Source: Eledone cirrhosa (taxonomy: Eukaryota). From it: a stretch of DNA of 64,000 bases. Under the pieces are notes generated by a model. That model worked only from the letters and a program-made list of their open reading frames with translations. It was not told the origin of the DNA and did no database searches. Positions within the stretch are counted from its first letter, which is position 1; every line of letters starts with the position of its first letter. A program made the position numbers and the translations under genes. The DNA lies in the NCBI GenBank assembly GCA_964016885.1, contig CAXHJY010001117.1:132477-196476 (forward strand), given 5' to 3'. Below are positions 18,930 through 34,767 of this stretch, piece after piece.

Positions 18930-19345
18930 AGATGACAGCGATGACAATGACGATGATGATGGTGACGATGATGATGGTGATGGTGATGGTGGTGATGGTG
19001 GTGATGGTGATGATGGTGATGATGGTGATGATGGTGTTGATGGTGATGATGGTGGTGATGGTGGTGATGGTGGTGATGGTGATGATGGTGATGATGGTGG
19101 TGGTGGTGATGGTGGTGATGGTGGTGATGGTGGTGATGGTGGTGATGGTGGTGATGGTGGTGATGGTGATGATGGTGATGATGGTGATGATGGTGTTGAT
19201 GGTGGTGATGGTGGTGATGGTGGTGATGGTGATGATGGTGGTGATGGTGATGATGGTGATGATGGTGATGATGGTGATGATGGTGATGATGGTGATGATG
19301 GTGGTGATGGTGGTGATGGTGGTGATGGTGATGATGGTGGTGACG
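18930..19345. repeat. (GAT/GGT)n trinucleotide tract
   Basis: Direct inspection. Confidence 0.95.
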
Positions 19346-19698
19346 GGAACTCCTTGATGAGGTGTAGCTGTTACAGCGGGTATAACTGGCATTTCTCCTT
19401 CGGAATGCTCTCGTCCTTCATTCTGAGGGACCACAGCCGACTTACCACTCTGACTGAGGTGTAGGATCTGTCTCAACGTTGCCTCCTCTCATTCGTTGGT
19501 ATGGTATAGTATGGTATGGTATAGTATGGTCCCGTAACACCTGATAAGGTGGTAGGGGCGCCGTATTGACATGCGATACCTGGTGGAGCCCAACCCTCTC
19601 CAAGCCTACATATATATAATATATATATCTACTTATATATATATATATCTACCTATATATATACATCTACACATATATATATATATATATATCTACAC

Positions 19699-19729
<31 letters not shown>

Positions 19730-19761
19730 ATCTATATATATATACATATATATATCTACAC

Positions 19762-19792
<31 letters not shown>

Positions 19793-19808
19793 ATCTATAT
19801 ATATATAC

Positions 19809-19881
<73 letters not shown>

Positions 19882-19961
19882 TCTACATATATATATATAT
19901 ACATATATCTACATATATATATATATACATATATCTACATATATATATATATATATATATC

Positions 19962-20007
<46 letters not shown>

Positions 20008-20057
20008 TCTACATATATATATATATCTACATATATATATATATATATATCTACATA

Positions 20058-20172
<115 letters not shown>

Positions 20173-20260
20173 TTATATCTACATATGTATATCTATATAT
20201 TTCTACATATATATCTATCTATATATATATATATATATCTACATATATATATATCTATAC

Positions 20261-20292
<32 letters not shown>

Positions 20293-20344
20293 CTACATAT
20301 ATATATATCTATATATATATATCTACATATATATATATCTATAC

Positions 20345-20381
<37 letters not shown>

Positions 20382-20398
20382 TACATATATATATCTGC

Positions 20399-20436
<38 letters not shown>

Positions 20437-20440
20437 CTAC

Positions 20441-20480
<40 letters not shown>

Positions 20481-20578
20481 CTACATATATATATATACAT
20501 ATACATATATATATATACATATACATATATATATATACATATATATATATACATATATACATATACATATACATATAC

Positions 20579-20620
<42 letters not shown>

Positions 20621-20957
20621 CTATATATATATATCTACATATATATATATATATATACACATATATATATACATATATATATATACATATACATATATAT
20701 ATATATATATATATATCTACATATATATATATATATATACACATATATATATACATATATATATATACATATACATATACATATACATATATATACATAT
20801 ACATATACATATATATACATATATATATATATATATACATATATAGATATATACATATATATATAGATATATATATATATATAGATATATATATATATAT
20901 AGAGAGAGAGATATAGAATGACAGAGAGGAAATGAGAAAGATATATAGAAGAATAAT

Positions 20958-21111
20958 CAACCCCAGTAGTAGATTGGTACTTTTTTATCGACCTCCAAGT
21001 GATTAAGGCAAAGTTAACCTCGGCGGGATTTGAACTCAAAGGGCAGAAAGCCGAAACGAATACTATAAAGCATTCTATCACACATTTCAACAACTCTGGC
21101 AATTCACCGCC
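20958..21111 (-). mobile_element. Octopus-type tRNA-derived SINE
   Basis: The minus strand begins GGCGGTGAATTGCCAGAGT, has B box GAGTTCAAATCCCGCCGAGG and 'gtcgataaaaaagtacc'. Confidence 0.75.
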
Positions 21112-21202
21112 TAAGAATTCCTTATATATTTTCTTTATTATTTTACATTTATCGGAAGCCATAACTTTTTATTCGTATAGCTACCTTTATTTCGGATAAT
21201 CG

Positions 21203-21460
21203 AGGGATTTTCAGAAAGGATTTACAGAAGGGATTTACAGAAAGGATTTACAGAAAGGATTTTCAGACAGCATTTTAAGAAAGGATTTTCAGAAAGAACT
21301 TTTAGAATGGATTTTAAGAAAGGATTTACAGAAAGGATTTTCAGACAGCATTTTAAGAAAGGATTTTCAGAAAGAACTTTTAGAATGATTTTCAGAAAGG
21401 ATTTTCAGAAAGGATTTTCAGAAAAGATTTGAAGAAAGGAATTTCAGAAAGGATTTGAAG
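21203..21460. repeat. 13-14-bp minisatellite (CAGAAAGGATTT[T/A])
   Basis: Direct inspection. Confidence 0.9.
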
Positions 21461-21512
21461 ATATTCCTGTAGAAAGCGAAAAAAAAACGAACATCAAAAT
21501 ATATATGACACT

Positions 21513-21593
21513 ACTTACTCATGGTGTTTCATTTGTGTCTACATAGACATGTCGTAAACCAATGACGTGACGTCATCCGATATAGTGACGTCA
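21513..21593 (-). promoter_or_regulatory. Candidate promoter / first micro-exon (ACC-ATG-A|GTAAGT) with CRE and CCAAT motifs
   Basis: TGACGTCA at 21568-21575 and 21586-21593; CCAAT at 21559-21563; ATG at 21522-21520; phase-1 donor GTAAGT at 21518-21513. Confidence 0.3.
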
Positions 21594-21671
21594 TATCTAG
21601 TCATACACAAACGTGCGCAAATACCGTACTTTTACACACACACACACATACATATATATATATAAATATAC

Positions 21672-21712
<41 letters not shown>

Positions 21713-21786
21713 AAGAGAGGGAGAGAATACATATTCATGCATACATATATGTGTCATATTTTTCGCACTCCATTTCTCTGTACACT

Positions 21787-21818
<32 letters not shown>

Positions 21819-21850
21819 TCAAACACACACACACACACACATATATATAT

Positions 21851-21971
21851 ATTAAAATAACAGATTAAAGGATTAAGAAAAATCGCTGCTTTCACCCTTA
21901 ACGGGATCTTCGGAAACTAAAAAAAAATATATCGAGCCTCCTCTGGATTTAGTCATATAATTTATTATTAT

Positions 21972-22019
<48 letters not shown>

Positions 22020-22140
22020 ATAATAATAAATGAGATGACTAAATCCAAAGGAGGCTCGATAGATTTTTTTTTAGTTTCCGAAGATCCCGTTAAGGGTGAA
22101 AGCAGCGATTTTTCTTAATCCTTTAATCTGTTATTTTAAT
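21851..22140. mobile_element. About 125-bp inverted repeat pair around a (TA)n spacer, with a hammerhead-like core
   Basis: Arms about 21851-21977 and 22015-22140. CCGAAGA-TCCC gttaa GGGT-GAAA at 22078-22101. Related fragments at about 30471-30610. Confidence 0.7.
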
Positions 22141-22148
22141 ATATATAT

Positions 22149-22309
<161 letters not shown>

Positions 22310-22372
22310 CATATATATATATACACATATATATATATACACATATATATATATACACATATATATATATAC

Positions 22373-22451
<79 letters not shown>

Positions 22452-22456
22452 CATAT

Positions 22457-22521
<65 letters not shown>

Positions 22522-22530
22522 TATATATAT

Positions 22531-22732
22531 ATAGGAACCAGTAAGACCCCGACAGCTGAGCTCAAGCCGTTTCGACGGCTAATTCTGGACTCAGTCCAGA
22601 ATTAGCCGTCGAAACGGCTTGAGCTCAGCTGTCGGGGTCTTACTGGTTCCTATTACCCACTCTACTACCTCAAGTATTGAGTACTTTGGTGCGTTATGGT
22701 CCACCTGGTTCCTTACCACATTTCCTTCGTTA
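22531..22732 (+). mobile_element. Family-X element with a perfect 61-bp inverted head
   Basis: 22531-22591 is the reverse complement of 22593-22653; (TA)n on both sides. Confidence 0.8.
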
Positions 22733-22757
22733 TATATATATATATATATATATATTC

Positions 22758-22795
<38 letters not shown>

Positions 22796-22879
22796 GCATA
22801 TATATATATACATATATATATATATGCATATATATATATATATATGCATATATATATATACATATATATATATATAAGC

Positions 22880-22911
<32 letters not shown>

Positions 22912-23238
22912 GCATATATATATATATATATATGCATATATATATATATATATGCATATATATATTTATATATATATATATACATATATGCATATATATA
23001 TATATATATGCATATATATATTTATATATATATATATACATATATGCATATATATATATATATATATGCATATATATATTTATATATATATATATACATA
23101 TATGCATATATATATATATATATATGCATATATATATTTATACATATATATATATATGTATATATATATATGCATATATATATTTATATATATATACATA
23201 TATATATATATGTATATATATATATGCATATATATATT

Positions 23239-23317
<79 letters not shown>

Positions 23318-23484
23318 GCATATATATATTTATATATATATACATATATATATATGTATATATATATATGCATATATATATTTATATATATATACATATA
23401 TATATATGTATATATATATATGCATATATATATTTATATATATATACATATATATATGTATATATATATATGCATATATATATT

Positions 23485-23541
<57 letters not shown>

Positions 23542-23883
23542 GCATATATATATTTATATATATATACATATATATATATGTATATATATATATGCATATA
23601 TATATTTATATATATATACATATATATATATGTATATATATATATGCATATATATATTTATATATATATACATATATATATGTATATATATATATGCATA
23701 TATATATTTATATATATATACATATATATATGTATATATATATATGCATATATATATTTATATATATATATACATATATGTATATATATATACATATATA
23801 TATATACATATATATATACATATATATATATACATATATATATTTATACATATATATATATATATATATATACATATATATAC

Positions 23884-23915
<32 letters not shown>

Positions 23916-24417
23916 ACATATATATATATACATATACATATACATATATACATATATATATATACATATACATATATATATACATATATATATATACATA
24001 TACATATATATATACATATACATATATATACATATACATATATATATACATATACATATATATACATATATATACATATATATATATATATACATATATA
24101 TACATATATATATATATATACATATATATACATATATATATATATATACATATATACGGAGGAGGTTATAGTTCACTTGAAGCATTGTGTAATGAGGTAT
24201 AAACGTTAGAATATGTGTAATAAGGCCAAGACAATGCAGATATGGACATAGAAAAAAGAATGCAATAGTGAGAGATATTGATGAGAATTCGTCTTTCACC
24301 TTGAATTTATTTAAATGTCCTTAATTTTCGAGATAATATCTCTTCTTCGGAGGGAAGTAAAAGTCTCAGACCATGGCTTCATTAGTAATTTAAAGACGCT
24401 GGTCTGAGACTTTTACT

Positions 24418-25433
24418 CATCATCTATATTAATGACATCACTGACATCATCAAACACAGCAACATTAAAATTTTCGCTGATGATTCCAAGCTCCAAAAGG
24501 TCATCAATGGCGTGGATGACCGATAAGCCTTCAGTCAGACCTACTGGCTGTTACCCAATGGGCAGAAAAGAACAACATGTTACTGAACTAAGACAAATTC
24601 GAACTGATCCACTTTGGAAAAGAGGATGCTCTGAAACTCCCGTACTCCCTTCCCTCCGGGGAAACTCTCGTGGCATCTAACAACATCAGAGACTTGGGAG
24701 TAACCGTGGACAGCAACATAAGCTGGACCACGCATATAAGCAGCAAAGTTGACATGGCCCGCAGAATGTGTTCCTGGATCCTCAGAACCTTCCAGTCGAG
24801 AGATTCCCGCACCATTATCCTTCTCTTCTCTACTTTCGCCCGACCACACCTTGAATACTGTTGTCCACTGTGGTCTCCCCACACGAAACAAAGTATCATG
24901 AAACTTGAAGCTCCTCAAAGGGCAATCACGAAAAAGATAGATGGCATGTCAGACCTTGACTACTGGGGTCGATTAGTAAACCTGAAACTTTACTCACTCC
25001 AACGTCGCCGTGAGCGTTATATTATCTGCATGATGTGGAAAATGTTCCATCATCACTGCCCAAATGATGTTGGCATCGCCTTCAAGATACACCCAAGGCT
25101 TGGGCCCCGTGCTATCCGTCCCATTCAAAAATCTAAATCGCAACTCATAACAACAATACGGCACAATTATTTCACCTCAATCGGCCCTGCTCTCTTCAAC
25201 ATCACACCAGGACACGTCAAAACAGAAACTGACCACACAAAATTCAAGAAGTCTTTGGACAAATTCCTCCAAGTAATCCCGGACAACCACCCACACCCGA
25301 TATGTCTCCGCAAACAGTAATTCTCTTCTCGAATGGGCCATGGTGCCCAAATCCTGAATTGAAAGACTTCGCCAGGTGGTGCTATTAAGTTAGACATGGC
25401 CTGGGCCAATACTGGCCAAAACATTCAAAGTTA
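24418..25433 (+). mobile_element. 5'-truncated CR1-group LINE (RT C-terminal part plus 3' UTR), disrupted
   Basis: [39 protein letters not shown]. Near-identical to 59513-60542 but with a stop and indels; ends 'ttcaaagttat'. Confidence 0.9.
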
Positions 25434-25479
25434 TATATATATACATATATACATATATATATACATATATATATATATT

Positions 25480-25512
<33 letters not shown>

Positions 25513-25555
25513 CATATATATACATATATATATATACATATATATATATATATTC

Positions 25556-25625
<70 letters not shown>

Positions 25626-26545
25626 TCATATATATATATACACATATATATATATATATAATATATATATACATATTATATATATATATATATGCATATA
25701 TATATTTATATATATATACATATATATATATGTATATATATATATGCATATATATATTTATATATATATACATATATATATGTATATATATATATGCATA
25801 TATATATTTATATATATATACATATATATATGTATATATATATATGCATATATATATTATATATATATATATATACATATATGTATATATATATACATAT
25901 ATATATATACATATATATATACATATATATATATACATATATATATTTATACATATATATATATATATATATATACATATATATATACAATAATATATAT
26001 ATACATATACATATATATACAATATATATATACATATACATATACATATATACATATATATATATACATATACATATATATATACATATATATATATACA
26101 TATACATAATATACATATATATAATATCATATATAATATATATACATATATATATATACATATACATATATATATACATATACATATATATACATATATA
26201 TACATATATATATATATATACATATATATACATATATATATATATATACATATATATACATATATATATATATATACATATATACGGAGGAGGTTATAGT
26301 TCACTTGAAGCATTGTGTAATGAGGTATAAACGTTAGAATATGTGTAATAAGGCCAAGACAATGCAGATATGGACATAGAAAAAAGAATGCAATAGTGAG
26401 AGATATTGATGAGAATTCGTCTTTCACCTTGAATTTATTTAAATGTCCTTAATTTTCGAGATAATATCTCTTCTTCGGAGGGAAGTAAAAGTCTCAGACC
26501 ATGGCTTCATTAGTAATTTAAAGACGCTGGTCTGAGACTTTTACT

Positions 26546-27547
26546 CATCATCTATATTAATGACATCACTGACATCATCAAACACAGCAACATTAAAATT
26601 TTCGCTGATGATTCCAAGCTCCAAAAGGTCATCAATGGCGTGGATGACCGATAAGCCTTCAGTCAGACCTACTGGCTGTTACCCAATGGGCAGAAAAGAA
26701 CAACATGTTACTGAACTAAGACAAATTCGAACTGATCCACTTTGGAAAAGAGGATGCTCTGAAACTCCCGTACTCCCTTCCCTCCGGGGAAACTCTCGTG
26801 GCATCTAACAACATCAGAGACTTGGGAGTAACCGTGGACAGCAACATAAGCTGGACCACGCATATAAGCAGCAAAGTTGACATGGCCCGCAGAATGTGTT
26901 CCTGGATCCTCAGAACCTTCCAGTCGAGAGATTCCCGCACCATTATCCTTCTCTTCTCTACTTTCGCCCGACCACACCTTGAATACTGTTGTCCACTGTG
27001 GTCTCCCCACACGAAACAAAGTATCATGAAACTTGAAGCTCCTCAAAGGGCAATCACGAAAAAGATAGATGGCATGTCAGACCTTGACTACTGGGGTCGA
27101 TTAGTAAACCTGAAACTTTACTCACTCCAACGTCGCCGTGAGCGTTATATTATCTGCATGATGTGGAAAATGTTCCATCATCACTGCCCAAATGATGTTG
27201 GCATCGCCTTCAAGATACACCCAAGGCTTGGGCCCCGTGCTATCCGTCCCATTCAAAAATCTAAATCGCAACTCATAACAACAATACGGCACAATTATTT
27301 CACCTCAATCGGCCCTGCTCTCTTCAACATCACACCAGGACACGTCAAAACAGAAACTGACCACACAAAATTCAAGAAGTCTTTGGACAAATTCCTCCAA
27401 GTAATCCCGGACAAACCACCCACACCCGGATATGTCTCCGCAAACAGTAATTCTCTTCTCGAATGGGCCATGGTGCCCAAATCCTGAATTGAAAGACTTC
27501 GCCAGGTGGTGCTATTAAGTTAGACATGGCCTGGGCCTCAAAGTTAT
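26546..27547 (+). mobile_element. Second copy of the same 5'-truncated CR1-group LINE (part of a 2128-bp tandem duplication)
   Basis: Same truncation point, same internal stop and same about 260-bp upstream flank (24157 vs 26285). Confidence 0.9.
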
Positions 27548-27590
27548 ATATATATACATATATACATATATATATACATATATATATATA

Positions 27591-27660
<70 letters not shown>

Positions 27661-27667
27661 TATATAC

Positions 27668-27720
<53 letters not shown>

Positions 27721-27743
27721 TATACATATATATATATACATTC

Positions 27744-27811
<68 letters not shown>

Positions 27812-27927
27812 TCATATATATATATACATATATATATATACATATATATTCATATATATATATTCATATATATATATATATATTCATATATATATATACA
27901 TATATATACATACATATATATATATAC

Positions 27928-27991
<64 letters not shown>

Positions 27992-28021
27992 ACATATATA
28001 TATATACATATATATACATAC

Positions 28022-28057
<36 letters not shown>

Positions 28058-28073
28058 ACATATATATATATAC

Positions 28074-28113
<40 letters not shown>

Positions 28114-28175
28114 ACATATATATATATACATATATACATATACATATATATTCATATATATATATATATATATAC

Positions 28176-28215
<40 letters not shown>

Positions 28216-28268
28216 ACACATATATACATATACATATATATTCATATATATATATATATATATATATA

Positions 28269-28306
<38 letters not shown>

Positions 28307-28347
28307 TATATACATATATATATACATATATATATACATATATATAT

Positions 28348-28380
<33 letters not shown>

Positions 28381-28406
28381 TATATATTCATATATATACA
28401 TATATA

Positions 28407-28463
<57 letters not shown>

Positions 28464-28465
<2 letters not shown>

Positions 28466-29069
28466 GGTGGCTGCCAACTCGTTTTCGTGTACGGCCACTA
28501 CTTTATATCCATGTAGGAGAACCCCTACCGATGCGCTGAACGAGTGTGACTTTTTAGTCCAGCCAGCGACTTGAAAACTCTGGTACAGACACTACACTTG
28601 TGACAATTATTGACACATAGTGCTGGGCCCATGGTACCATGTGACAAGTGCAGAGATATCTCCAGATACAAAGCAATGCCTGTGCCATGAAGCTTTTATA
28701 GTGAGCAAAGGCACTGCACAAAGCCAGTCCCACTCTCTTGACCAAGATGATATTTACCAAAAAGAAGAACAAGTCAACATCATTGGATACCACCAGAGTT
28801 GCAGGTGTTATATCAGAGTTTTCCTTCTCTTAGAATTCTGCCTTGGCAAAGGCTAATGGGTCATCTCTCCCGGTGATTTTGGATGGCCATTGACTCTTAA
28901 GAGCTCCTTTGCCCTTTGACAGGTTTTGTTTTTAGTCCTGCAGGATGTCCAAAGCCACCCTCCTCACCAAGAAACCTTGGTGGGGTTGCCAGTTTAGACG
29001 CCAACGATCCGACCATGAGACAGGTTGTACTGGGATACATGTTACCAGTAGCACCAACTGGTGACCTGA
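28464..29069 (-). mobile_element. Bipartite non-autonomous RTE-derived element (5'-UTR-like part fused to RTE 3' end), copy A
   Basis: The 3' part encodes [25 protein letters not shown]. Its terminus 'tggccgtacacgaaaacgagttggcagccaccatg' resembles the RTE end at about 52905-52940. No RT. Inserted in (TA/CATA)n. Confidence 0.75.
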
Positions 29070-30000
29070 CATATATACATACATACATACATACATACAT
29101 ACATACACGTAAAATAATGTTAAAAGTTTTGGATCTTCATTATACTTGGAAGACAGGAGGATTTCTTCCAGTGACAGAGATAGGGGTAGAGGTAGAGGTA
29201 GAGGTAGAGGTAGAGATAGAGAGAGAAAGAGAGAGAGTGATTCAGATGGACAGACATGCAGAGAAAGGAAGGAATGGAAGAAAGAAAGACATATATTGGA
29301 GGACAAATGAAGCCCGGGATTAACCGAAACTATAAGAGACAAAACTAGCTTCGTGTATACTTGAGCTCAATATGTAGAGAACCAGAACGAATACTGGAAA
29401 TTATTCATATTGTTGTTCTAAACACACTGTCAATTCACCGCCTCACCTCGCTAATTACTAAAACTGATGAAATAATTAAATGTGTCTTTTTATTCATTTG
29501 CTTCATTAATACACACATTCGTTTTAGTCTATATATATTTTTTCATCTTATTTCATTTTATTTGTTGGTTATTTCAAATGATTTAATTGTCACCGACGCT
29601 CTGTAAGTTAGTAATTAAATTCAACAGTTAGTAACTGCACTAATTAAAATTATATGTGTTAAGTAAGTTTTTTTAAAGCAAAAAAATATACCGACATGTC
29701 ACATGAAATTTGTCAATATTTGCTGAAATAAGTAGTTTTTTAGCTTGTATTTATATATTTATATTTCTAGTTTAGGTTTATATTTTTGTTGTTACTGTTA
29801 ATGTATTTATATCATCGTCATTAGTTTAGAGACTTGGTTTCATACACGTATACATATATATTCTTTTTTTCAGATGTTGTCTAGAATAATAACTCTGGTG
29901 TGGTTTACCGTGACGGATATAAGGCAGATATCTGGTGAATATTTCACCAATGAACGAAAATCGACGACAATTTTTGTTTCAAAGTAGTTTAATATAAACA

Positions 30001-30073
<73 letters not shown>

Positions 30074-30086
30074 ATATGTATATATG

Positions 30087-30117
<31 letters not shown>

Positions 30118-30122
30118 AAATG

Positions 30123-30154
<32 letters not shown>

Positions 30155-30244
30155 TATAAATGTATGTATATATATACATATATATATACATTTATATATA
30201 TATATAAATGTATATATATATATATATATACATATATATAAATG

Positions 30245-30276
<32 letters not shown>

Positions 30277-30636
30277 TATAAATGTATGTATATATATATA
30301 CATATATATATACATTTATATATATATATAAATGTATATATATATATATATATATACATATATATAAATGTATATATGTATATCTGTATATATATATATG
30401 CATATAAATAATATATATATATATGAATGTATATATATGTATATATACTATATCTATATATATTTATATATAGTAATAATAATAAATGTGATGACTAAAA
30501 TCCAAAGTGGACTCGATAAGGATAATATATATAAAATATATTAGAACCCTAGAGCAAATATTTAATAAAATAACAGATTAACGCTTAAGCACAGAATTGG
30601 TCCTTTCACTCTTATATATATATATATATATATATC

Positions 30637-30668
<32 letters not shown>

Positions 30669-31457
30669 CGTTAGTTATTTCTATATATAATATAGATGCA
30701 TCACTTTTATATACACACATACATACACACATATTCATATATATATATATATATATATACAAGTACATATATATATATATATATATATACATATATATAT
30801 ACATGTACATATATATACATATATATATACATGTACATATATATACATATATATATACATGTACATATATATACATATATATACACATGTACATATATAT
30901 ATATATACATATATATACATATATATATACATGTACATATATATATATACATATATATACACATGTACATATATATATATACATATATATACATATACAT
31001 ATACATGTACATATATATTATACATATATATACACATGTACATATATATATATACATATATATACATATACATATATATATATACATATATATACATATA
31101 CATATATACATTATATATACATATATACACATATATATACATATACGTATATACATATAAATATATATATACATATACATATACATACATATATATATAC
31201 ATACATACATACATACACATACACATATATACATACATATATATATACATACATATATATATACATATATACATATATATACATACATATATATATATAC
31301 ATATATATATATATACATATATATATATTATACATATATATATATATATATATATACAACCCCATGCATTGAACCACAATGTTACTAAGAAAAAACCTAT
31401 ATATTTGCTAGCATTGATATGCATCTGTATGTATATAAATGTTACTAGATATAAATT

Positions 31458-31493
<36 letters not shown>

Positions 31494-31713
31494 GTATTTG
31501 CAGCACCAGTATTGAATACTACTAATCTGGAAAGCGTATCAATCTAATACCAGCGCTGCCAACTGTTTACCCTTGTTCATGTATGCATAATGGCTTTTCA
31601 ATAAACATCTAACGATCGTTCCTTTAAAATTTCTAAAACGGTTTACTGAGATTTAGAGAATCAAAGCTATTTTGACATATCTATATTTTAATATTCTTCG
31701 TAAGCAGCTACAG

Positions 31714-31777
<64 letters not shown>

Positions 31778-31941
31778 ATATATGTATATATATGGATATA
31801 AATGTATGCATAACTGTATGTAAATTTATTATACGTATATAGATATATTTATGTAATATAAATCTATGTATGTATGTTTGTACATAATCTATGAATGTAT
31901 ATAAATGATTGTATGTATATAAATGTCTGTATATATATATA

Positions 31942-31974
<33 letters not shown>

Positions 31975-32029
31975 TATGTATATATATGTGTGTGTGTGTA
32001 TATTTCTATATATACATATATCTATATAC

Positions 32030-32069
<40 letters not shown>

Positions 32070-32679
32070 TATACATATATATATATATATAATATATACA
32101 TATACATAATATATATATATATAGACATATCTATCTACAAAGAACATGAAAATCCTTCAGTTACCCCCTTAGCTTGATTTATCATTTTAATGTTTGAAGT
32201 GTTTCGCTTAGAAACAGATTAAATTTCCCTCTGCAGAATATTAAAAACAAGATGAAAGCTACGGCGCACTGATGAACGTGAATTAAGAGATAGAAAGCTA
32301 TGCGTAATATTAAAATATTGAATAAGCGGTGAAGTAGTTGCCGAGAGAAAAAGATGAGAGATTTAGAGAAATTGAAACAACGTGTGTTGTGTGGTGTGGG
32401 TTTGATGGGTTTAAATAATAATAACTAATATATAATATTATTCATTGTTCCGTCAGTGATAAAAAACAATTGAACAGGGAATTACAGAAAGGGATTAATG
32501 TCGACGAATAAATAAAAACAATATTTTATCTCGACGATTATTTAGCGAAAGCTAATTAAGTTTTTGTTGGAGTAACAACATTTGTATCAATGAGTGGCAG
32601 GTTCCTGTCATGGCGAAAGCGCGAAAGCGTGAAACCTTGGTTTATTTTCTAGTAATTCTATTATATATATATATAATAC

Positions 32680-32897
32680 AAGATAATGAAATTATTTAGC
32701 ACAGTGCTCAGATGCACTACTACTCATCAAATGTTCATGTATGGTACATAGAATAATGTACAAATGTCAGGTAAATGAACAGTGTATGAGTCATGATATA
32801 CAGTGTGCCTGAGTATGGAGGGGGACGTCAGGTGTGGTGTTGGCGAATTTCAGAGAGCAAGCATGTTTTAAAGGATGCAGCGTCTAGGCAGCTAACA
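32680..32897 (-). mobile_element. Short LINE 3'-end fragment (CR1/L2-like)
   Basis: Minus strand reads [22 protein letters not shown] (stop 32830-32828) followed by a UTR-like tail, bounded by microsatellites. Confidence 0.5.
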
Positions 32898-32951
32898 TCT
32901 ATATATCTATCTATCTCTCGCTCTCGCTCTCTCTATATATATATATACACA

Positions 32952-32987
<36 letters not shown>

Positions 32988-34211
32988 TATATATATGTAT
33001 GTACACATACGTATATGTATACACACACAGACATATATACATATATATATACATATATACATATACATATATACATATACATATACATATATTTATACAT
33101 ATATAAAGATAGAGAAAGAGTGAAACATATATGTCGGTTTATTTCCAAGATTTCAAAATGGCAGACATAGCTTGGGTTTTATTATGATAACCAATTTAAA
33201 GTAAAGATACATGAGGGAGACTGCTTAATATAGTTAATGTTTTTACCTAATTTAGCTAACAAATATATATTTAACAAAACCCACCAATGCAATAAAATGT
33301 ATTTCCCTAAGACTATGTCCACCATTTCCACGTCTTCATTTTGTGTGGCAGGCTTCCTCGTTGATGTTTTATTTGGGCATTCACATACGTATTACTGAGG
33401 TACACATACACACATATATATATACATATATACACACACAGACTTATACAGAAACATACAGACCCCTCACATATATACATACACACGTAGACACATGAAT
33501 ATATATAATATATAAATATATCTATATCTATATATATATATATATCTATATCTATATCTATATATATATAAATATATATATCTATATATATAAATATATA
33601 TATCTATATATATATAAATATATCTATAAATATATATATAAATATATATATAAATATATATATCTATATATATATATAAATATATCTATCTATATATATA
33701 TATAAATATATATATAAATATATATATCTATATATATATATAAATATATATATAAATATATATATCTATATATATATAAATATATATATCTATATAAATA
33801 TATATATAAATATATATATAAATATATATATCTATATATATATAAATATATATATAAATATATATATCTATATATATATAAATATATATAAATATATATA
33901 TCTATATATAAATATATATATATCTATATATATATATATATACCTATATATATATAAATATATATACCTATATATATATAAATATCTATATCTATATATA
34001 TCTATATATAAATATATATATATCTATATATATATATATATATACCTATATATATATAAATATATATACCTATATATATATAAATATCTATATCTATATA
34101 TATAAATATATATATCTATATATATATAAATATACATAAATATATATAAATATATCTATATATAAATATATATATCTGTATATTTATATATATATCTATC
34201 TATACATACAT

Positions 34212-34275
<64 letters not shown>

Positions 34276-34310
34276 ATATAAGCATATATATGTGTAGTAT
34301 ATACTTATAT

Positions 34311-34347
<37 letters not shown>

Positions 34348-34376
34348 GTATGTATGTATATATATATATATACATA

Positions 34377-34727
34377 CAACTCTGATGGTATCCTGCGACT
34401 CTGATGGTATCCACTGATGTTGACTTGTTCTTCTTTTTGGTAAATATCATCTTGGTTAAGACAGTGGGACTGGCTTTGTGAAGTGCCTTTGCTCACTATA
34501 AAAGCTTCACGGCACAGGCATTGCTTTGTATCTGGAGATCTCTCTGCACTTGTCACATGGTACCATGGGCCCAGCACTATGTGTCAATCATTGTCACGAG
34601 TGTAGTGTCTGTACCAGGGTTTTCAAGTCGTTGGCTGGACTAAAAAGTCACTCATTCAGCCTATCGGTAGGGTTTCTCCTACATGGATATAAAGTAGTGG
34701 ACGTACTCGAAAGCGAGTTGGCAGCCA

Positions 34728-34731
<4 letters not shown>
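34377..34731 (+). mobile_element. Bipartite RTE-derived element, 5'-truncated copy B
   Basis: Reverse complement of 28464-28800, with a short duplication 'actctgatggtatcc' at the 5' junction. Confidence 0.8.

Positions 34732-34767
<36 letters not shown>

Noticed and set aside
18886-19476. 196-aa Thr/Ile-rich mucin-like ORF
   Set aside because: Trinucleotide repeat translation with a TTG start and no supporting gene structure.
24357-24417. 18-bp inverted repeat with CTAATGA...GAGA on minus as a hammerhead
   Set aside because: Two core mismatches and no stem I; kept only as a hairpin next to the LINE 5' junction.
28940-29069. HDV-like ribozyme at the 5' end of the bipartite RTE element
   Set aside because: A P1-like pairing (GGTCACC/GGTGGCT) exists, but I could not place P3/L3, P1.1 or J4/2.
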